Source of the DNA: Pseudomonadota bacterium
Lineage (GTDB): Bacteria; Pseudomonadota; Gammaproteobacteria; Steroidobacterales; Woeseiaceae
Length of the DNA stretch: 64,000 nucleotides
Reading direction: 5' to 3'
Assembly: GCA_022563505.1 (NCBI GenBank)
Contig: JADFNG010000004.1
Location: 581-64,580, forward strand
This document shows positions 10,373 through 22,171 of this stretch, in pieces. Each line of letters starts with the position of its first letter. Within the stretch, counting starts at the first letter, position 1. A program made the position numbers and the translations under genes. The notes beneath the pieces were generated by a model. It made no database searches. It was not told the origin of the DNA and saw only the letters and a program-made list of their open reading frames with translations.

Positions 10373-11563
10373 TCAGGATAAAAATTTGCCGAGGTATCGC
10401 AAAGCCAGAACACCGTCAATGCCCCGCAAGGCATCAAGCGTAGCATCGGGAACCTCGCCGTCCAGGTCAACCAGCGTATACGCCAACTCACCCATCGATT
10501 TATTCAGCAAGTCTTCGATGTTGAGACCGGCATCGGCCAGGCAAGTCGAAATCTGTCCCACCATATTCGGTACGTTCGCATTGGCGAGCGTAATTCGGAA
10601 GGCATCCGTTCGCGGCATCACTGTCTGAGGAAAATTGACGGAAAAACGTACATTGCCGTTTTCGAGATAGTCTCTGACGTTGTCGACCACCATAATCGCG
10701 CAATTATCTTCGGCCTCGGCGGTGGACGCGCCCAGGTGCGGTAACGCAATCACCTTGTCGTTGGCGATGAGTTCCGGTGTCGGAAAGTCGCATACATAAG
10801 CATGCAGTGCGCCCGAGTCGAGCGCGGCAATCACGGCAGCAGCATCGACCACACCACCGCGAGAGAAATTGATCAGGACACCGCCCTTGCGCATCATGGC
10901 CAATTGATCTTTCTTGATCAGGTTTTTCGTTTGCCCGATAAGGGGCACATGCACGGACACGGCATCGACGTCCTTGAACAGCTGCTCAATGGTTTCTAAT
11001 TGCTCTACGCCGGACGACAGCTGCCAGGCACTCCGAACGGTGATGCCCGGGTCGAAGCCGACGACCTTCATGCCCAGCGACAACGCAGCGTTCGCAACAT
11101 GCACGCCGACCGCACCCAGACCGATGACACCCAGCGTACGACCGGGCAACTCGAAGCCCACGAATTGCTTCTTGCCGGCTTCCACCGCCTTGTTCAGTTC
11201 GTCGCCAGCCAGTCCCAGACCCCTCACGTAATCACGTGCATCACAAATATTGCGCGCTGCAATCAACAGCCCTGCAATCACGAGTTCCTTGACCGCATTG
11301 GCATTCGCCCCTGGCGCATTAAACACCGGCACGCCGCGCCGGCTCAGCACATCGATCGGGATGTTATTGACGCCCGCACCGGCACGACCGATCGCCTCAA
11401 CGCTGGCTGGAATTTCCATAGCGTGCATATTGTAAGAACGCAGAATGATGGCGTTCGGATCCGTTATTGCAGACGAAACCTCATATTGTGCCGCTGGAAA
11501 CCGGCTTAATCCGACCGCAGCGATATTATTCAGTGTCAGTACTTTCTTCATCTTCGAGTTCAA
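10373..11563 (-). CDS. serA: D-3-phosphoglycerate dehydrogenase-type 2-hydroxyacid dehydrogenase with C-terminal ACT domain
   Basis: NAD-binding GVIGLGAVGVHVA, the catalytic region of D-isomer 2-hydroxyacid dehydrogenases, and a C-terminal ACT-like segment. It is adjacent to serC. Confidence 0.7.
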   Translation of the reverse strand: MNSKMKKVLTLNNIAAVGLSRFPAAQYEVSSAITDPNAIILRSYNMHAMEIPASVEAIGRAGAGVNNIPIDVLSRRGVPVFNAPGANANAVKELVIAGLLIAARNICDARDYVRGLGLAGDELNKAVEAGKKQFVGFELPGRTLGVIGLGAVGVHVANAALSLGMKVVGFDPGITVRSAWQLSSGVEQLETIEQLFKDVDAVSVHVPLIGQTKNLIKKDQLAMMRKGGVLINFSRGGVVDAAAVIAALDSGALHAYVCDFPTPELIANDKVIALPHLGASTAEAEDNCAIMVVDNVRDYLENGNVRFSVNFPQTVMPRTDAFRITLANANVPNMVGQISTCLADAGLNIEDLLNKSMGELAYTLVDLDGEVPDATLDALRGIDGVLALRYLGKFLS

Positions 11564-11596
11564 TTTAGCGTCTGCGTGGTGATTTTGGCCAGGGTG

Positions 11597-12679
11597 TCAG
11601 CCATTTCGCTGCTCAAAATCCTGCATGAAAAGGATAAGCGCATCGACTGCGTCTTCGCCGGTAGCATTGTAGATTGATGCGCGCATGCCACCCACGGAGC
11701 GATGACCCTTGAGGTTGGTCAAGCGTGCATCGTTGGCCTCCGCAAGGAATTTTCCGTCCAGTTCAGCGTTGCCGAGAGTGAATGGCACGTTCATCCGTGA
11801 ACGACAATCGAGGCTGACAGGGTTGCTGTAAAAACCGGAGTTATCGATCGCCGCGTAGAGTTTTTTCGATTTACGTTCGTTGATTTCCTCCATGGCAGCA
11901 AGACCGCCCTGGCGTTGCAGATATTCAAAAACCAGACCGGTGACATACCAGGCGAAGGTCGGCGGCGTATTGATCATTGAAGCGGACTCCGCAAACGCCT
12001 TGTACGTCAATAATGTCGGCGTATCTGCCCTGCCACGATCGACCAGGTCATTGCGCACGATCAGCAGCGTGATTCCGGCGGGACCCATATTTTTTTGTGC
12101 GCCCGCGTAAATGACGCCAAATTGACTCACATCAATCGGGCGTGACAGGATATTGCTGGACATGTCAGCGACCAGCGGAATGTCTTCAGTCTGTGGCACG
12201 AAATGAAATTCAACACCGCCGATCGTTTCGTTGGGGGTGTAATGCAGATAGGCGGCATTTGCCGTCTTCTGCCACGTCGTTTCATCCGGGATGTTTGAGT
12301 AGCTGCTGTCGGCAGCATCGGCGGCAATATTGACGTTGCAGAATCGTGCCGCCTCCTTGGCCGCCTTCTTGCCCCAGGTTCCAGTAATCACATAATCGAC
12401 GGTATCGTCGGCTGCCGACAGATTGAGTACGGACATCGCAAACTGGAGTGTCGCACCGCCTTGCAGGAACAGGACGTGATAGTCGTCGGGTATCTTGAGC
12501 AAGTCACGTGCGTTGCTTTCGGCGCGGGCCGCCAGTTCAACAAAGCCCTTGCTGCGATGACTCACTTCCATCACCGACATGCCGGTGTGATTCCAATCCG
12601 GAATGTCGTCTCTGATTTGCTGCAGAACTTCCTCGGGTAACGCTGCCGGACCGGCACTGAAATTATGAACCCGAGACAT
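11597..12679 (-). CDS. serC: phosphoserine aminotransferase
   Basis: MSRVHNFSAGPAALPEEVL N-terminus and 360 aa, directly downstream of gyrA as in many gammaproteobacteria. Confidence 0.9.
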   Translation of the reverse strand: MSRVHNFSAGPAALPEEVLQQIRDDIPDWNHTGMSVMEVSHRSKGFVELAARAESNARDLLKIPDDYHVLFLQGGATLQFAMSVLNLSAADDTVDYVITGTWGKKAAKEAARFCNVNIAADAADSSYSNIPDETTWQKTANAAYLHYTPNETIGGVEFHFVPQTEDIPLVADMSSNILSRPIDVSQFGVIYAGAQKNMGPAGITLLIVRNDLVDRGRADTPTLLTYKAFAESASMINTPPTFAWYVTGLVFEYLQRQGGLAAMEEINERKSKKLYAAIDNSGFYSNPVSLDCRSRMNVPFTLGNAELDGKFLAEANDARLTNLKGHRSVGGMRASIYNATGEDAVDALILFMQDFEQRNG

Positions 12680-12745
12680 GTCGCAATAGATCCTGATTAA
12701 TAAGTTAACATTGAAATAGATGAGTCTAAGATGGCTGGTTGTTGC

Positions 12746-15304
12746 TTACTCTTCCTCGCCTGCCGATGAATCTTCACCCTCCATCGATTCAATGCGAGCC
12801 AGGCCCACCAGCCGCTGATTAGCCGCGACCCGAATCAGGCGCACACCCTGCGTGTTGCGACCGATAATCGAAATATCGCTCACTGGCGTGCGTACGAGCG
12901 TGCCATTCGAGCTGATCAACATGATCTCATCGTCATCGTTAACCTGGACTGCACCAACCGTCCTGCCGTTACGTTTGGTGGTCTGGATCGCAATAACACC
13001 CTGGCCACCACGGCCCTGCAACGGGAACTCTGTGGCAGCCGTGCGTTTGCCGTAGCCGTTTTCTGTGGCGGAAAGGATCATTCCGCCATCGAGAATACAA
13101 AGCGCAATAACTTCGTGGCCTCCGCGAAGGCGCATTCCGCGCACGCCTGCAGCACCACGACCCATCGATCGAACATCCTCTTCCCTGAAGCGAATCGCCT
13201 TACCGCTGCTCGCAACCAGCAACAACTCCTGATGCCCATCGGTAATGGCCACACCGACCAGGCGGTCGCCGCGCAAGTCGATGGCAATGATGCCGCTGGC
13301 GCGAGGTCGGGAAAACTGGCTCAGTGGTGTTTTCTTGACCGTACCGCCGCTGGTTGCCATGAGTACATAACTGTCATCCTTAAACTCGCTGATGGGAAGG
13401 ATGGCGTTGATACGTTCTCCCTCTTCCAGCGGCAACAAATTTACGATCGGCCTGCCGCGGGCGCCATGCCCGGCTTGCGGCACTTGATAAACCTTGAGCC
13501 AGTAAAGCTTGCCGCGACTGGAAAAACACAGGATGGTGTCGTGCGTATTAGCAACAAAAAGCTGATCGATAAAGTCTTCATCTTTGACCTTCGCAGCCGA
13601 TCGACCCCGTCCACCACGACGCTGCGCCTGGTAGGCATCAATCGGTTGCGCTTTCGCGTAGCCACCGTGGGACAGCGTGATAACCACCTCTTCCTGGGGA
13701 ATTAAATCCTCCGCCATCAGGTCCGTGTGATCCTGATTGATTTCGGTGCGACGTTCATCGCCGTAGGCTTGCCGAATCTCAATCAGTTCTTCGCGAATCA
13801 CGCGAAGCAACTCATCCGGCAAAGCCAGAATCATAGATAATTGATTAATTTTATCCAGTAATTCTTTGTATTCTTTATATAATTTTTCTTGCTCAAGACC
13901 GGTCAATCGATGCAGGCGGAGGTCCAGAATGGCCTGTGCCTGAACTTGTGAGAGTCGATAGCCATCCTCGACAAGACCAAAACCCTCTTCCAAAGCGTCC
14001 GGACGCGTATCCGTTTCACCGGCTTTGTCGAGCATGCCCGACACCGCACCCGGCGGCCACAGTTGCGCCATCAGCGCTTCCCTGGCTGCGGCAGGTGCGG
14101 GTGAAGCCTTGATGAGAGCGATGACCTCGTCGATATTGGCAAGTGCGACCGACTGCCCTTCCAGCACATGGATGCGATCGCGAGCCTTGCGGAGATCATG
14201 AATCGTGCGCCGGGTCACCACTTCACGCCGGTGCGATAAAAATGCCTCGAGCATTTGCTTCAGGTTCAGAAGCTTGGGCTGCCCGTCCTGCACCGCGACC
14301 ATATTGATGCCGAAAACACTTTGCAGTGCCGTCTGCTTGAACAGGTTGTTCAGCACGACCTCGCTGATTTCCCCTTTCCGCAGTTCGATAACAATGCGCA
14401 TACCATCCTTGTCCGACTCATCACGCAATTCAGTGATGCCCTCAATCTTCTTGTGACGCACCAGTTCGGCAATCTTCTCGATGAGTCGTGCCTTGTTCAC
14501 CTGATACGGCAGCTCGGTCACAATAATTGCTTCGCGACCCCCCGCCTTGCCTATTTCCTCGAAATTGGTGCGAGCCCGCATATGAACGCGCCCGCGACCG
14601 GTTTGGTAGGCGGCATAGATGCCCTGCGTTCCGTTGATGATGCCCGCAGTCGGAAAATCAGGACCCGGAATGTGCTCCATCAATCCCTTTACATCGATCG
14701 CAGGATCATCAATCAATGCCAGACAGGCATTCACTATTTCTGTCAGGTTATGCGGTGGAATGTTGGTCGCCATACCCACGGCGATACCGGAAGACCCGTT
14801 GATGAGCAGGTTTGGATAGCGCGTCGGCATGACCGTCGGCTCAGATTCGCTGCCATCGTAATTCTCGATGAAATCGACTGTTTCCTTGTCGAGGTCTGCC
14901 AGTATTTCATGCGCGATACGGGCCATTCGCACTTCGGTGTAACGCATGGCAGCGGGCGAATCGCCGTCCACCGAGCCGAAGTTGCCCTGGCCGTCTACGA
15001 GCATGTAACGCATCGAGAACGGCTGTGCCATACGTACGATCGTGTCGTAGACAGCAGTATCACCGTGCGGATGGTATTTACCAATGACGTCACCGACGAC
15101 ACGCGCCGATTTCTTGTACGCCTTGTTGTAGTCGTTGCCCAGTTCACGCATTGCGTACAGCACCCGCCGGTGCACGGGCTTCAGGCCATCACGGATATCC
15201 GGAAGCGCGCGCCCGACAATCACGCTCATCGCGTATTCCAGGTACGACTGTTTCATCTCCTCTTCGAGACTTACAGACAGAATTTCCTGTGCAACTTCAG
15301 ACAT
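12746..15304 (-). CDS. gyrA: DNA gyrase subunit A
   Basis: [29 protein letters not shown] and the QRDR-like [11 protein letters not shown]; 852 aa. Confidence 0.97.
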   Translation of the reverse strand: MSEVAQEILSVSLEEEMKQSYLEYAMSVIVGRALPDIRDGLKPVHRRVLYAMRELGNDYNKAYKKSARVVGDVIGKYHPHGDTAVYDTIVRMAQPFSMRYMLVDGQGNFGSVDGDSPAAMRYTEVRMARIAHEILADLDKETVDFIENYDGSESEPTVMPTRYPNLLINGSSGIAVGMATNIPPHNLTEIVNACLALIDDPAIDVKGLMEHIPGPDFPTAGIINGTQGIYAAYQTGRGRVHMRARTNFEEIGKAGGREAIIVTELPYQVNKARLIEKIAELVRHKKIEGITELRDESDKDGMRIVIELRKGEISEVVLNNLFKQTALQSVFGINMVAVQDGQPKLLNLKQMLEAFLSHRREVVTRRTIHDLRKARDRIHVLEGQSVALANIDEVIALIKASPAPAAAREALMAQLWPPGAVSGMLDKAGETDTRPDALEEGFGLVEDGYRLSQVQAQAILDLRLHRLTGLEQEKLYKEYKELLDKINQLSMILALPDELLRVIREELIEIRQAYGDERRTEINQDHTDLMAEDLIPQEEVVITLSHGGYAKAQPIDAYQAQRRGGRGRSAAKVKDEDFIDQLFVANTHDTILCFSSRGKLYWLKVYQVPQAGHGARGRPIVNLLPLEEGERINAILPISEFKDDSYVLMATSGGTVKKTPLSQFSRPRASGIIAIDLRGDRLVGVAITDGHQELLLVASSGKAIRFREEDVRSMGRGAAGVRGMRLRGGHEVIALCILDGGMILSATENGYGKRTAATEFPLQGRGGQGVIAIQTTKRNGRTVGAVQVNDDDEIMLISSNGTLVRTPVSDISIIGRNTQGVRLIRVAANQRLVGLARIESMEGEDSSAGEEE

Positions 15305-15590
15305 CGTGACTCACAAATTCGCAGCATTCCCGCTCTAAAAAACGAAACTGCGTCCTATCTTGTTTGGGTGTTAGGCAGAAATTTTATTGCTTTTGCCTGG
15401 CTCGATCCGGCATCAATAAACACGCCGCATCCGGAGCGCAATCATACCACACCGAGGCCAGTATCCGCATCGATTCAGGGACGATTTACGGCAATGTCAG
15501 CGGGCCTTAGCAGGGCGATTACATGTGTTTATACTGTGCCCTTTTCCAGCCACTCAATGCGGTTCATCGGGAATCGCGATCTCAGTCCCT

Positions 15591-16910
15591 ATGCAACAAT
15601 GTGACACATTGATTCAGGCTCGCTGGTGCATCCCGGTCGAGCCCGACCGACTCGTTCTCGAGCACCACGGCATTGCGGTGACCGATGGCCGTATTGTCGC
15701 CGTCTTGCCGCTGCCTGAAGCGCGCGCGCAATTCAACCCGGGCGTGGTGGTCGATCGCCCGGACCATGTGGTGATTCCCGGCCTGATTAATGCTCACACG
15801 CATGCGGCAATGACGCTTTTTCGGGGCCTGGCCGATGGACTGCCACTGGAGCGCTGGCTCAGGGAGGGGGTGTGGCCCCACGAACAACGATGGGTCAGCG
15901 CAGAAATGGTCCGCGATGGCAGCAAACACGCGATCGTCGAGATGCTCAGGGGCGGAGTAACCTGTTTCAGCGATCAGTACTTTTTTCCGGAGGTCGTCGC
16001 CGAATCCGCAGTCGATCTGCATATGCGCGCAATGATTGGCACGCCGGTGATGGATTTCCCGACACCCTGGGCCAAAAACGTCGATGAGTACCTGTCGAAA
16101 GCCACCGACCTTGTCCACGATCCTTATGCGGACCACCCATTGGTCAGTACCTGTTTCGCGCCCCATTCGACGGCTGCCTTGTCTGCAGACAGCGGCCAAA
16201 AACTTCGCGTACTCGCCGATCAACTCGACCGACGGGTACAAATACATTTGCACGAAACCGCCATGGAAATAGCGACCACACTGGAAGAACGAGGCAAACG
16301 ACCGTTAGCCCGCCTGTCGGAGATGGGGCTCGTCAACGCGTCCCTGATGGCGGTGCATGCGATTCACATGACCGATGAAGAGTTACAACAAATCTCTGCT
16401 GCAGGCGTATCGGTCGCCCACTGCCCCCGTTCGAATCTGAAATTGGCCAGCGGTATCGCGCCAGTCCAGCAGATGCTGGATGCAGGCATTAACGTAGCCC
16501 TGGGGACGGATGGGGCAGCAAGCAACAATGTGCTCGACATGCTCGGTGAAATGCGCACCGCCGCCCTGCTGGGCAAGGTGAAGGCGGAAGATGCGGCCGC
16601 GATCCCGGCCAGCACGGCACTCCGCATGGCGACCCTCAATGGGGCGAAAGCACTGGGGCTTGCCGATGCGGTGGGTTCGATTGAAGTGGGAAAATGGGCA
16701 GACCTGACCTGCGTCGACCTCAATTACATCAATAGCCAGCCTGTTTATGATCCTTTGTCACAACTCGTTTACTCCTGCAACCGGGAGCAAATCAGCGACG
16801 TCTGGGTCGCGGGCCGCCACCTGGTCGACAAGGGCGCACTGACGCAGGTAGACCTGGACGAAATCCTGCAGCGCAGCGCAGAATGGCAGCAACGAATTGC
16901 GGCGGTCTGA
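15591..16910 (+). CDS. mtaD: 5-methylthioadenosine/S-adenosylhomocysteine deaminase (TRZ/ATZ amidohydrolase)
   Basis: [25 protein letters not shown] metal-binding HxH region. The start is set at [12 protein letters not shown] (ATG 15591). It lies upstream of ubiG. Confidence 0.8.
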   Translation: MQQCDTLIQARWCIPVEPDRLVLEHHGIAVTDGRIVAVLPLPEARAQFNPGVVVDRPDHVVIPGLINAHTHAAMTLFRGLADGLPLERWLREGVWPHEQRWVSAEMVRDGSKHAIVEMLRGGVTCFSDQYFFPEVVAESAVDLHMRAMIGTPVMDFPTPWAKNVDEYLSKATDLVHDPYADHPLVSTCFAPHSTAALSADSGQKLRVLADQLDRRVQIHLHETAMEIATTLEERGKRPLARLSEMGLVNASLMAVHAIHMTDEELQQISAAGVSVAHCPRSNLKLASGIAPVQQMLDAGINVALGTDGAASNNVLDMLGEMRTAALLGKVKAEDAAAIPASTALRMATLNGAKALGLADAVGSIEVGKWADLTCVDLNYINSQPVYDPLSQLVYSCNREQISDVWVAGRHLVDKGALTQVDLDEILQRSAEWQQRIAAV

Positions 16911-17674
16911 AATCCGTTGACGACAGATTTTACAGCAAGTGGAGCGATAGACAAACAGTGACAACCACGGAAAATAATGTCGATGTGGCAGAAATTGCCA
17001 AATTTGATGCCCTTGCCTCTCGCTGGTGGGACCCGGCTGGCAGCTTTCGCCCGCTGCACCAGATTAATCCCCTGCGTCTCGATTTCATTCGTCAAAGATG
17101 CACGCTGTCCGCTGCACAGGTACTGGATGTTGGCTGTGGCGGTGGAATTCTGGCCGAGTCGATGTCACAACAAGGTGCCTCCGTAACCGGCATCGATATG
17201 GCAGAAAGCCCACTGACGGTCGCGCGATTGCACCAGGCGGAATCCGGAACAAATGTGACCTATTTGCAATCCACCGCTGAGGGACTTGCAGAAAACCGGT
17301 CACAGGAATTCGACGTCGTGACTTGCCTGGAAATGCTGGAGCACGTGCCCTCCCCGACGGCCGTGATCGCGGCCTGCGCGCGCCTGGTCAAACCCGGCGG
17401 GGACGTATTTTTCTCGACCATCAACCGCAATCCGAAATCGTTCCTGTTTGCCATCATTGGCGCAGAATACGTGCTGCGGTTGCTGCCGGCCGGAACGCAT
17501 CATTACGACAAGTTCATTCGACCATCGGAACTCGAATCGTGGGCTCGCCACGCCGGCCTTGAATTGCGCAGCAGCACAGGCATACATTACAACCCGCTCA
17601 CCCAGGAGTACTCGCTGCGTCCCAATGTCGACGTCAACTACCTGATGCATTACCAGCGACCGGTCGACCTGTGA
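16883..17674 (+). CDS. ubiG: ubiquinone biosynthesis O-methyltransferase
   Basis: [33 protein letters not shown] and SAM motif [13 protein letters not shown]. The start is uncertain; a GTG at 16958 is an alternative to the ATG at 16883, which overlaps mtaD by 28 nt. Confidence 0.85.
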   Translation: MAATNCGGLKSVDDRFYSKWSDRQTVTTTENNVDVAEIAKFDALASRWWDPAGSFRPLHQINPLRLDFIRQRCTLSAAQVLDVGCGGGILAESMSQQGASVTGIDMAESPLTVARLHQAESGTNVTYLQSTAEGLAENRSQEFDVVTCLEMLEHVPSPTAVIAACARLVKPGGDVFFSTINRNPKSFLFAIIGAEYVLRLLPAGTHHYDKFIRPSELESWARHAGLELRSSTGIHYNPLTQEYSLRPNVDVNYLMHYQRPVDL

Positions 17675-18357
17675 CCCGGCAATTCGAGGCGGTGCTGTTC
17701 GACCTTGACGGCACACTCGTTGACACTGCTCCCGACATGGTTCGCGTGCTATTCGACATGCTGCACGCTTACGACCGCCCGCCGCTGCCTTACGATGTAG
17801 CCCGCGCCAGCGTTTCCAATGGCTCGCTCGGACTCATCCGGCTTGCATTTGCCGATTTCGATGAGCAGAAACAGGCCGCGCTGCAACAGGAATATCTGCA
17901 GCGATATGAAAAAATCCTGGGCGGCTCGTCCGTCTCATCCGTGCTGTTTCCGGGATTGCCGGAATTGATTGATCGACTGGACGAACACCAGCGACCGTGG
18001 GGTATCGTGACCAACAAGCCGCAGCGCATGACGGATCCTTTACTGGCACACCTGGGGCTGGCCGGGCGTACCGGCTGCGCAATCAGTGGTGATACGCTTC
18101 CGGAACGCAAGCCGCATCCCGCACCACTGCTGCTGGGCTGCGAACAAATCGGCACGAAACCTGCAAAAACGATTTATGTCGGCGACGCTCGCCGCGATAT
18201 CGAGGCTGGTCGAGCGGCCGGCATGGCCACGATTGCGGCCGCTTATGGGTATATCACCCCCGACGACGACCCGAATCACTGGGCAGCGGATGATATGGCC
18301 GCAAACACCAAAGAACTGGCGAAAATCCTTTTCAAAGCAGTTAATCTGGCCATCTGA
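17671..18357 (+). CDS. HAD-superfamily phosphatase (phosphoglycolate phosphatase / MupP-like)
   Basis: HAD motif [14 protein letters not shown] and motif [14 protein letters not shown]. Position downstream of ubiG. Confidence 0.75.
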   Translation: MTRQFEAVLFDLDGTLVDTAPDMVRVLFDMLHAYDRPPLPYDVARASVSNGSLGLIRLAFADFDEQKQAALQQEYLQRYEKILGGSSVSSVLFPGLPELIDRLDEHQRPWGIVTNKPQRMTDPLLAHLGLAGRTGCAISGDTLPERKPHPAPLLLGCEQIGTKPAKTIYVGDARRDIEAGRAAGMATIAAAYGYITPDDDPNHWAADDMAANTKELAKILFKAVNLAI

Positions 18358-19694
18358 TGGAAGCAATCGTCATAGACCCTGTCTTAATCGAGATTGGCGG
18401 ACCCGCACTGGCCATCGGCCTGTTGCTGGGTGGCCTGATCGCCTGGCTGACGGGCAGAAGTCGCCGGCAGCACCTCGACCATTCCATATTGCAACTGGAG
18501 ACTCGCATCAAGAGCCAGGAGGCATTGCAGCACGAGCGCGATGCCGCCTATGAAGCTGCAAACAGCCGATTGACCACCGCATTTTCGGAGCTCGCCAATA
18601 AATCGCTGCAGGCCAATAGTGAAAATTTCCTGCGACTTGCGGAACAGAATCTCGGTGCCCAGCAAGAAAAAGCCAATCGCGCACTCGGAGAACGAGAGCA
18701 AGCCGTGGCAAACCTGGTCAAACCCATTCATGAGGCGCTGAAACAATCGCAGCAACAGATAAACGCACTCGAAAAGTCCCGCAGCGAGGCTTACGGAAGT
18801 ATTCGCGCTCAACTTGAAAGCATGCAAGACGGCCAGAAATCTCTGGCACAAGAGACCAAGAACCTCGTCAGTGCATTGCGTCGTCCGGAAGTGCGGGGCC
18901 GCTGGGGTGAAATCACCTTGCGGCGGTTGGTTGAGTTAGCCGGCATGGTGGAACACTGCGATTTTTATGAGCAGGTACATACGACCGACGGCGACAATAT
19001 TATTCGCCCCGACATGATTGTACGTATGCCGAACAAGCGCGAGTTGGTGGTCGACGTAAAAACACCGCTCGATGCCTATCTCGAAGCGGTAGAGGCTCCT
19101 GACGACCAAAAACGGCAGGCTGCGCTTAAGCGGCATGCACGCAATGTACGTGAGCATATTCGCAAACTGGCAAGCAAGACGTATTGGGAGCAATTCTCGC
19201 GCAGCCCGGATTTTGTCATTTTGTTCATCCCCGGCGATCAGTTCCTGAGTGCCGCACTCAATGAAGATCCCAACCTGATTGATTCTGCATTGTCGCAACA
19301 GATTATCCTTGCGACGCCAACCAGTTTTGTCGCGCTGCTGAAAGCGGTTGCCTATGGCTGGAGCCAGATCGCTCTCACTGAAAACGCAGAAGAAATCCGG
19401 CGCCTGGCGGCGGACCTGTATGGACGCCTGACCGCTTTCGTGGGTCATTTGAACAAGCTGGGCAGGCAATTGTCGAGCAGCGTCGAACACTACAATCGGG
19501 CGATCGGTTCACTGGAGCGCAAAGTCCTGCCTGGCGCACGCAAATTCGTTGAATTGGGTATCCGGCCGAAGAAGGAAATCGAGCCGCTCGAGACGCTGGA
19601 ATCGCTGCCCCGACAATTGCCGGAAATTACCGAGGATGACAAGATCGCAGGCAAGAAACCGCCACCAAAAGACGACAGCAAGACGCTGCAATAA
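18357..19694 (+). CDS. rmuC: DNA recombination protein RmuC
   Basis: N-terminal TM helix, a long coiled coil and a C-terminal RmuC nuclease-like region (VVDVKTPLDAY...ILFIPGDQF). Confidence 0.85.
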   Translation: MEAIVIDPVLIEIGGPALAIGLLLGGLIAWLTGRSRRQHLDHSILQLETRIKSQEALQHERDAAYEAANSRLTTAFSELANKSLQANSENFLRLAEQNLGAQQEKANRALGEREQAVANLVKPIHEALKQSQQQINALEKSRSEAYGSIRAQLESMQDGQKSLAQETKNLVSALRRPEVRGRWGEITLRRLVELAGMVEHCDFYEQVHTTDGDNIIRPDMIVRMPNKRELVVDVKTPLDAYLEAVEAPDDQKRQAALKRHARNVREHIRKLASKTYWEQFSRSPDFVILFIPGDQFLSAALNEDPNLIDSALSQQIILATPTSFVALLKAVAYGWSQIALTENAEEIRRLAADLYGRLTAFVGHLNKLGRQLSSSVEHYNRAIGSLERKVLPGARKFVELGIRPKKEIEPLETLESLPRQLPEITEDDKIAGKKPPPKDDSKTLQ

Positions 19695-19697
19695 GAC

Positions 19698-20450
19698 ATG
19701 GATACTCTCGCTAAAGACTATGAATTCGGGCCCGGACTCTTAAAAGACCGAATCATCATGATAACCGGCGCCACCGACGGCATCGGCCGCGCACTCGCTG
19801 TGCGAGCGGGCCAACTCGGCGCCCGCGTCATCTTGCATGGCCGCAATGTGAAGCGCCTTGAGGCAGTGTACGATGAAATCGAAGGGATCGACGACGCCCT
19901 TCGCCCCTCGATTGCGATGCTTGACCTGGCAACCGCCGATGGTGACGCATACAGGTCTCTGGCAAGCAGCATCGAAGCAGAGTTTGGACGGCTCGACGGC
20001 CTCGTGCACAACGCCGGTATCCTCGGCAGCCGTCACTCCATCGAACAATACGATGCCATTGAATGGCAGCAGGTCATGCACGTCAATCTGACCGCGCCGT
20101 TCGCGCTGACCCAGGTGATGTTGCCGCTCCTCAGGAAAACACAGCACCCGTCAATCATCTTTACCAGCAGCGGTGTCGGTCGGGTAGGAAAAGCGTTCTG
20201 GGGGGCGTACTCGGTCTCCAAATTCGGCACCGAAGCGTTGTCGCAGATTCTTTCCAACGAGAACATGCATAGCGGGATGCGGGTTAATTGCATCAATCCA
20301 GGTTCGGTGCGAACGAAGATGCGACTGGCCGCATATCCGGCGGAAGATCGGGAGGCACTCAAAGGGCCGGAGGATGTCCTGACCGCGTACCTCTATTTGC
20401 TGGGCCCCGATAGCGAGGACGTGAGTGGGCAGAGTCTCGACGCTCAGTAA
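19698..20450 (+). CDS. yciK: YciK-family SDR oxidoreductase
   Basis: ITGATDGIGRALA cofactor motif, catalytic YSVSK, RVNCINPG, and collinear similarity to E. coli YciK as I recall it. Confidence 0.75.
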   Translation: MDTLAKDYEFGPGLLKDRIIMITGATDGIGRALAVRAGQLGARVILHGRNVKRLEAVYDEIEGIDDALRPSIAMLDLATADGDAYRSLASSIEAEFGRLDGLVHNAGILGSRHSIEQYDAIEWQQVMHVNLTAPFALTQVMLPLLRKTQHPSIIFTSSGVGRVGKAFWGAYSVSKFGTEALSQILSNENMHSGMRVNCINPGSVRTKMRLAAYPAEDREALKGPEDVLTAYLYLLGPDSEDVSGQSLDAQ

Positions 20451-20472
20451 TAATTTACATTAATAACATTTT

Positions 20473-21293
20473 TTATCTTTTTGATTTAAAACGATGTTTT
20501 TGGATCTTATGGGATCTCTTTTTACGGTATTTTTGCGCCGGCCGCGCGCCTGACAGCGGCGCTTCAAGGCCCGCCGCTGCGTACAACAGGCGCACCTGTG
20601 CCGCACTCAATGCAACAAACTTGCCACGCCGAAGTGATCGCGGCAATTCTATCGGTCCATAACAGATTCTCATCAGGCGACTGACCTGGTAGCCGATCGC
20701 ATTCCACATGCGGCGTACCTCGCGATTGCGGCCTTCCTTCAGGGAAACCTTGAACCAGCGATTGGTGCCGTCTCCACCGGTCGCCGCAACGCTATCGAAG
20801 GCTGCCCGGCCGTCGTCCAGCTCGATACCAGAACACAGCAGCGCCAACTCAGACTTCTTAGGATTACCATGCACGCGCACGGCGTACCGTCGCAGGACTT
20901 CCGAGGACGGGTGCATGAGGGCGTTTGCGAGTTTCCCGTCGGTCGTGAACAAAAGCAGGCCGCTGGTCGTCAAGTCCAGGCGACCGACCGCAATCCAGCG
21001 CGAGCCCTTCAATTTCGGCAGAGAATCGAAAACAACCCGGCGCCCTTCCGGGTCGGAACGGCTGTAATTTCGTCCCCGGGTTTGTGATAGATGATGTGAC
21101 GGTGATCGGCTTGTTTGGGCCTGACAGACAGTCGACGCCCGTCCAGCGAAAATTTTTCACCGCCCGTGACTGTCGCGCCAAGCATCGCGACGCTGCCGTC
21201 GATCTTCAGACGTTGGTCTCTGATCCAGCCTTCGATCTCACGGCGCGAACCATGCCCCGCGGCAGCGAGTACTTTCTGCACGCGATCAGCCAC
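20473..21293 (-). pseudogene. rluB: 23S rRNA pseudouridine synthase RluB, interrupted by a single frameshift
   Basis: The S4-domain ORF (21009..21293, MADRVQKVLAAAGHGSRREIEGWI...YHKPGDEIT) and the catalytic ORF (20473..21012, ...[25 protein letters not shown]) are in different frames. Reading across about 21058-21068 with a 1-nt shift restores ...GDEI(T/Y)[23 protein letters not shown]. Confidence 0.8.
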
Positions 21294-21298
21294 ACTCT

Positions 21299-22132
21299 TT
21301 ATGCCCCGCTGGCCGAGGCCTCGGCATCTTCGGTGTCAATCTCGGCTTCCTGCTCTGTAGCAGTATCCGCGGGACTACCGTCGTGTGCAGAGGAATCAGG
21401 CCATTCAGGTGCGACAATCTCCTCAAAATCTACGTCCACCAGGGCTTCAGCGGCAGCAACGGCGGCCTCATCAGGATCGTTTTCGACGCCAGCATCAACC
21501 TCCAGCTCATCCGGATAAAGCACGGGAATCTCCGGCACATCGAATTCATCAGCCCACTCCGTTTCCTCATCGACCGCCGGTAGATCGAGTTGCACGCGCA
21601 GACTCTCCCAATCCGACAAGTCGGCCAGCGGTGGCAGTTCATCCAGTTTTTTCAAGCCGAAATAGTCGAGAAACTGTTTCGTTGTTGCGAACATGGCCGG
21701 CCGGCCGGGCACATCGCGATGACCCACTACCCGCACCCACTCACGTTCGAGCAACGATCGAATGATATTACTGCTCACCGAGACGCCGCGAATTTCCTCG
21801 ATTTCTCCACGCGTCATGGGTTGCCGATAGGCGATGAGAGCGAGAGTCTCGAACAAGGCGCGCGAGTAGCGTGGTGGCTTGTCTTCCCAGAGCTTCTCAA
21901 GCCGCTCTGACATACCGGCCTTCAGTTGCATGCGAAAACCGGAGGCAACCTCTGCAATCGCCAGACCACGATCCTCATAGTCATCCTGCAAAGCCTTGAT
22001 GGCGTTGCGGATCTCGGCTTTCTCCGGCATTGACGCCTCATCAAACAACGACTGCAGCTGATCCGTATTGAGAGGCCGCCCTGCCGCCAGCAATGCCGCT
22101 TCAACAAAATATTTTATTTCTGTATCGTCCAT
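21299..22132 (-). CDS. scpB: segregation and condensation protein B, with a long acidic C-terminal tail
   Basis: FVEAALLAAGRPL, RGLAIAEVASGFRMQ and IAYRQPMTRGEIEEIRGV winged-helix motifs. It lies downstream of scpA. Confidence 0.85.
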   Translation of the reverse strand: MDDTEIKYFVEAALLAAGRPLNTDQLQSLFDEASMPEKAEIRNAIKALQDDYEDRGLAIAEVASGFRMQLKAGMSERLEKLWEDKPPRYSRALFETLALIAYRQPMTRGEIEEIRGVSVSSNIIRSLLEREWVRVVGHRDVPGRPAMFATTKQFLDYFGLKKLDELPPLADLSDWESLRVQLDLPAVDEETEWADEFDVPEIPVLYPDELEVDAGVENDPDEAAVAAAEALVDVDFEEIVAPEWPDSSAHDGSPADTATEQEAEIDTEDAEASASGA

Positions 22133-22171
22133 TTACAAATTAACTCTTGGCTGGATGCCTGACCGCAACAA

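Noticed and set aside
14255-15604. 449-aa plus-strand ORF
   Set aside because: It lies almost entirely antisense to gyrA, has no recognisable motifs and has an Arg/His/Leu-rich shadow composition typical of GC-rich antisense frames.
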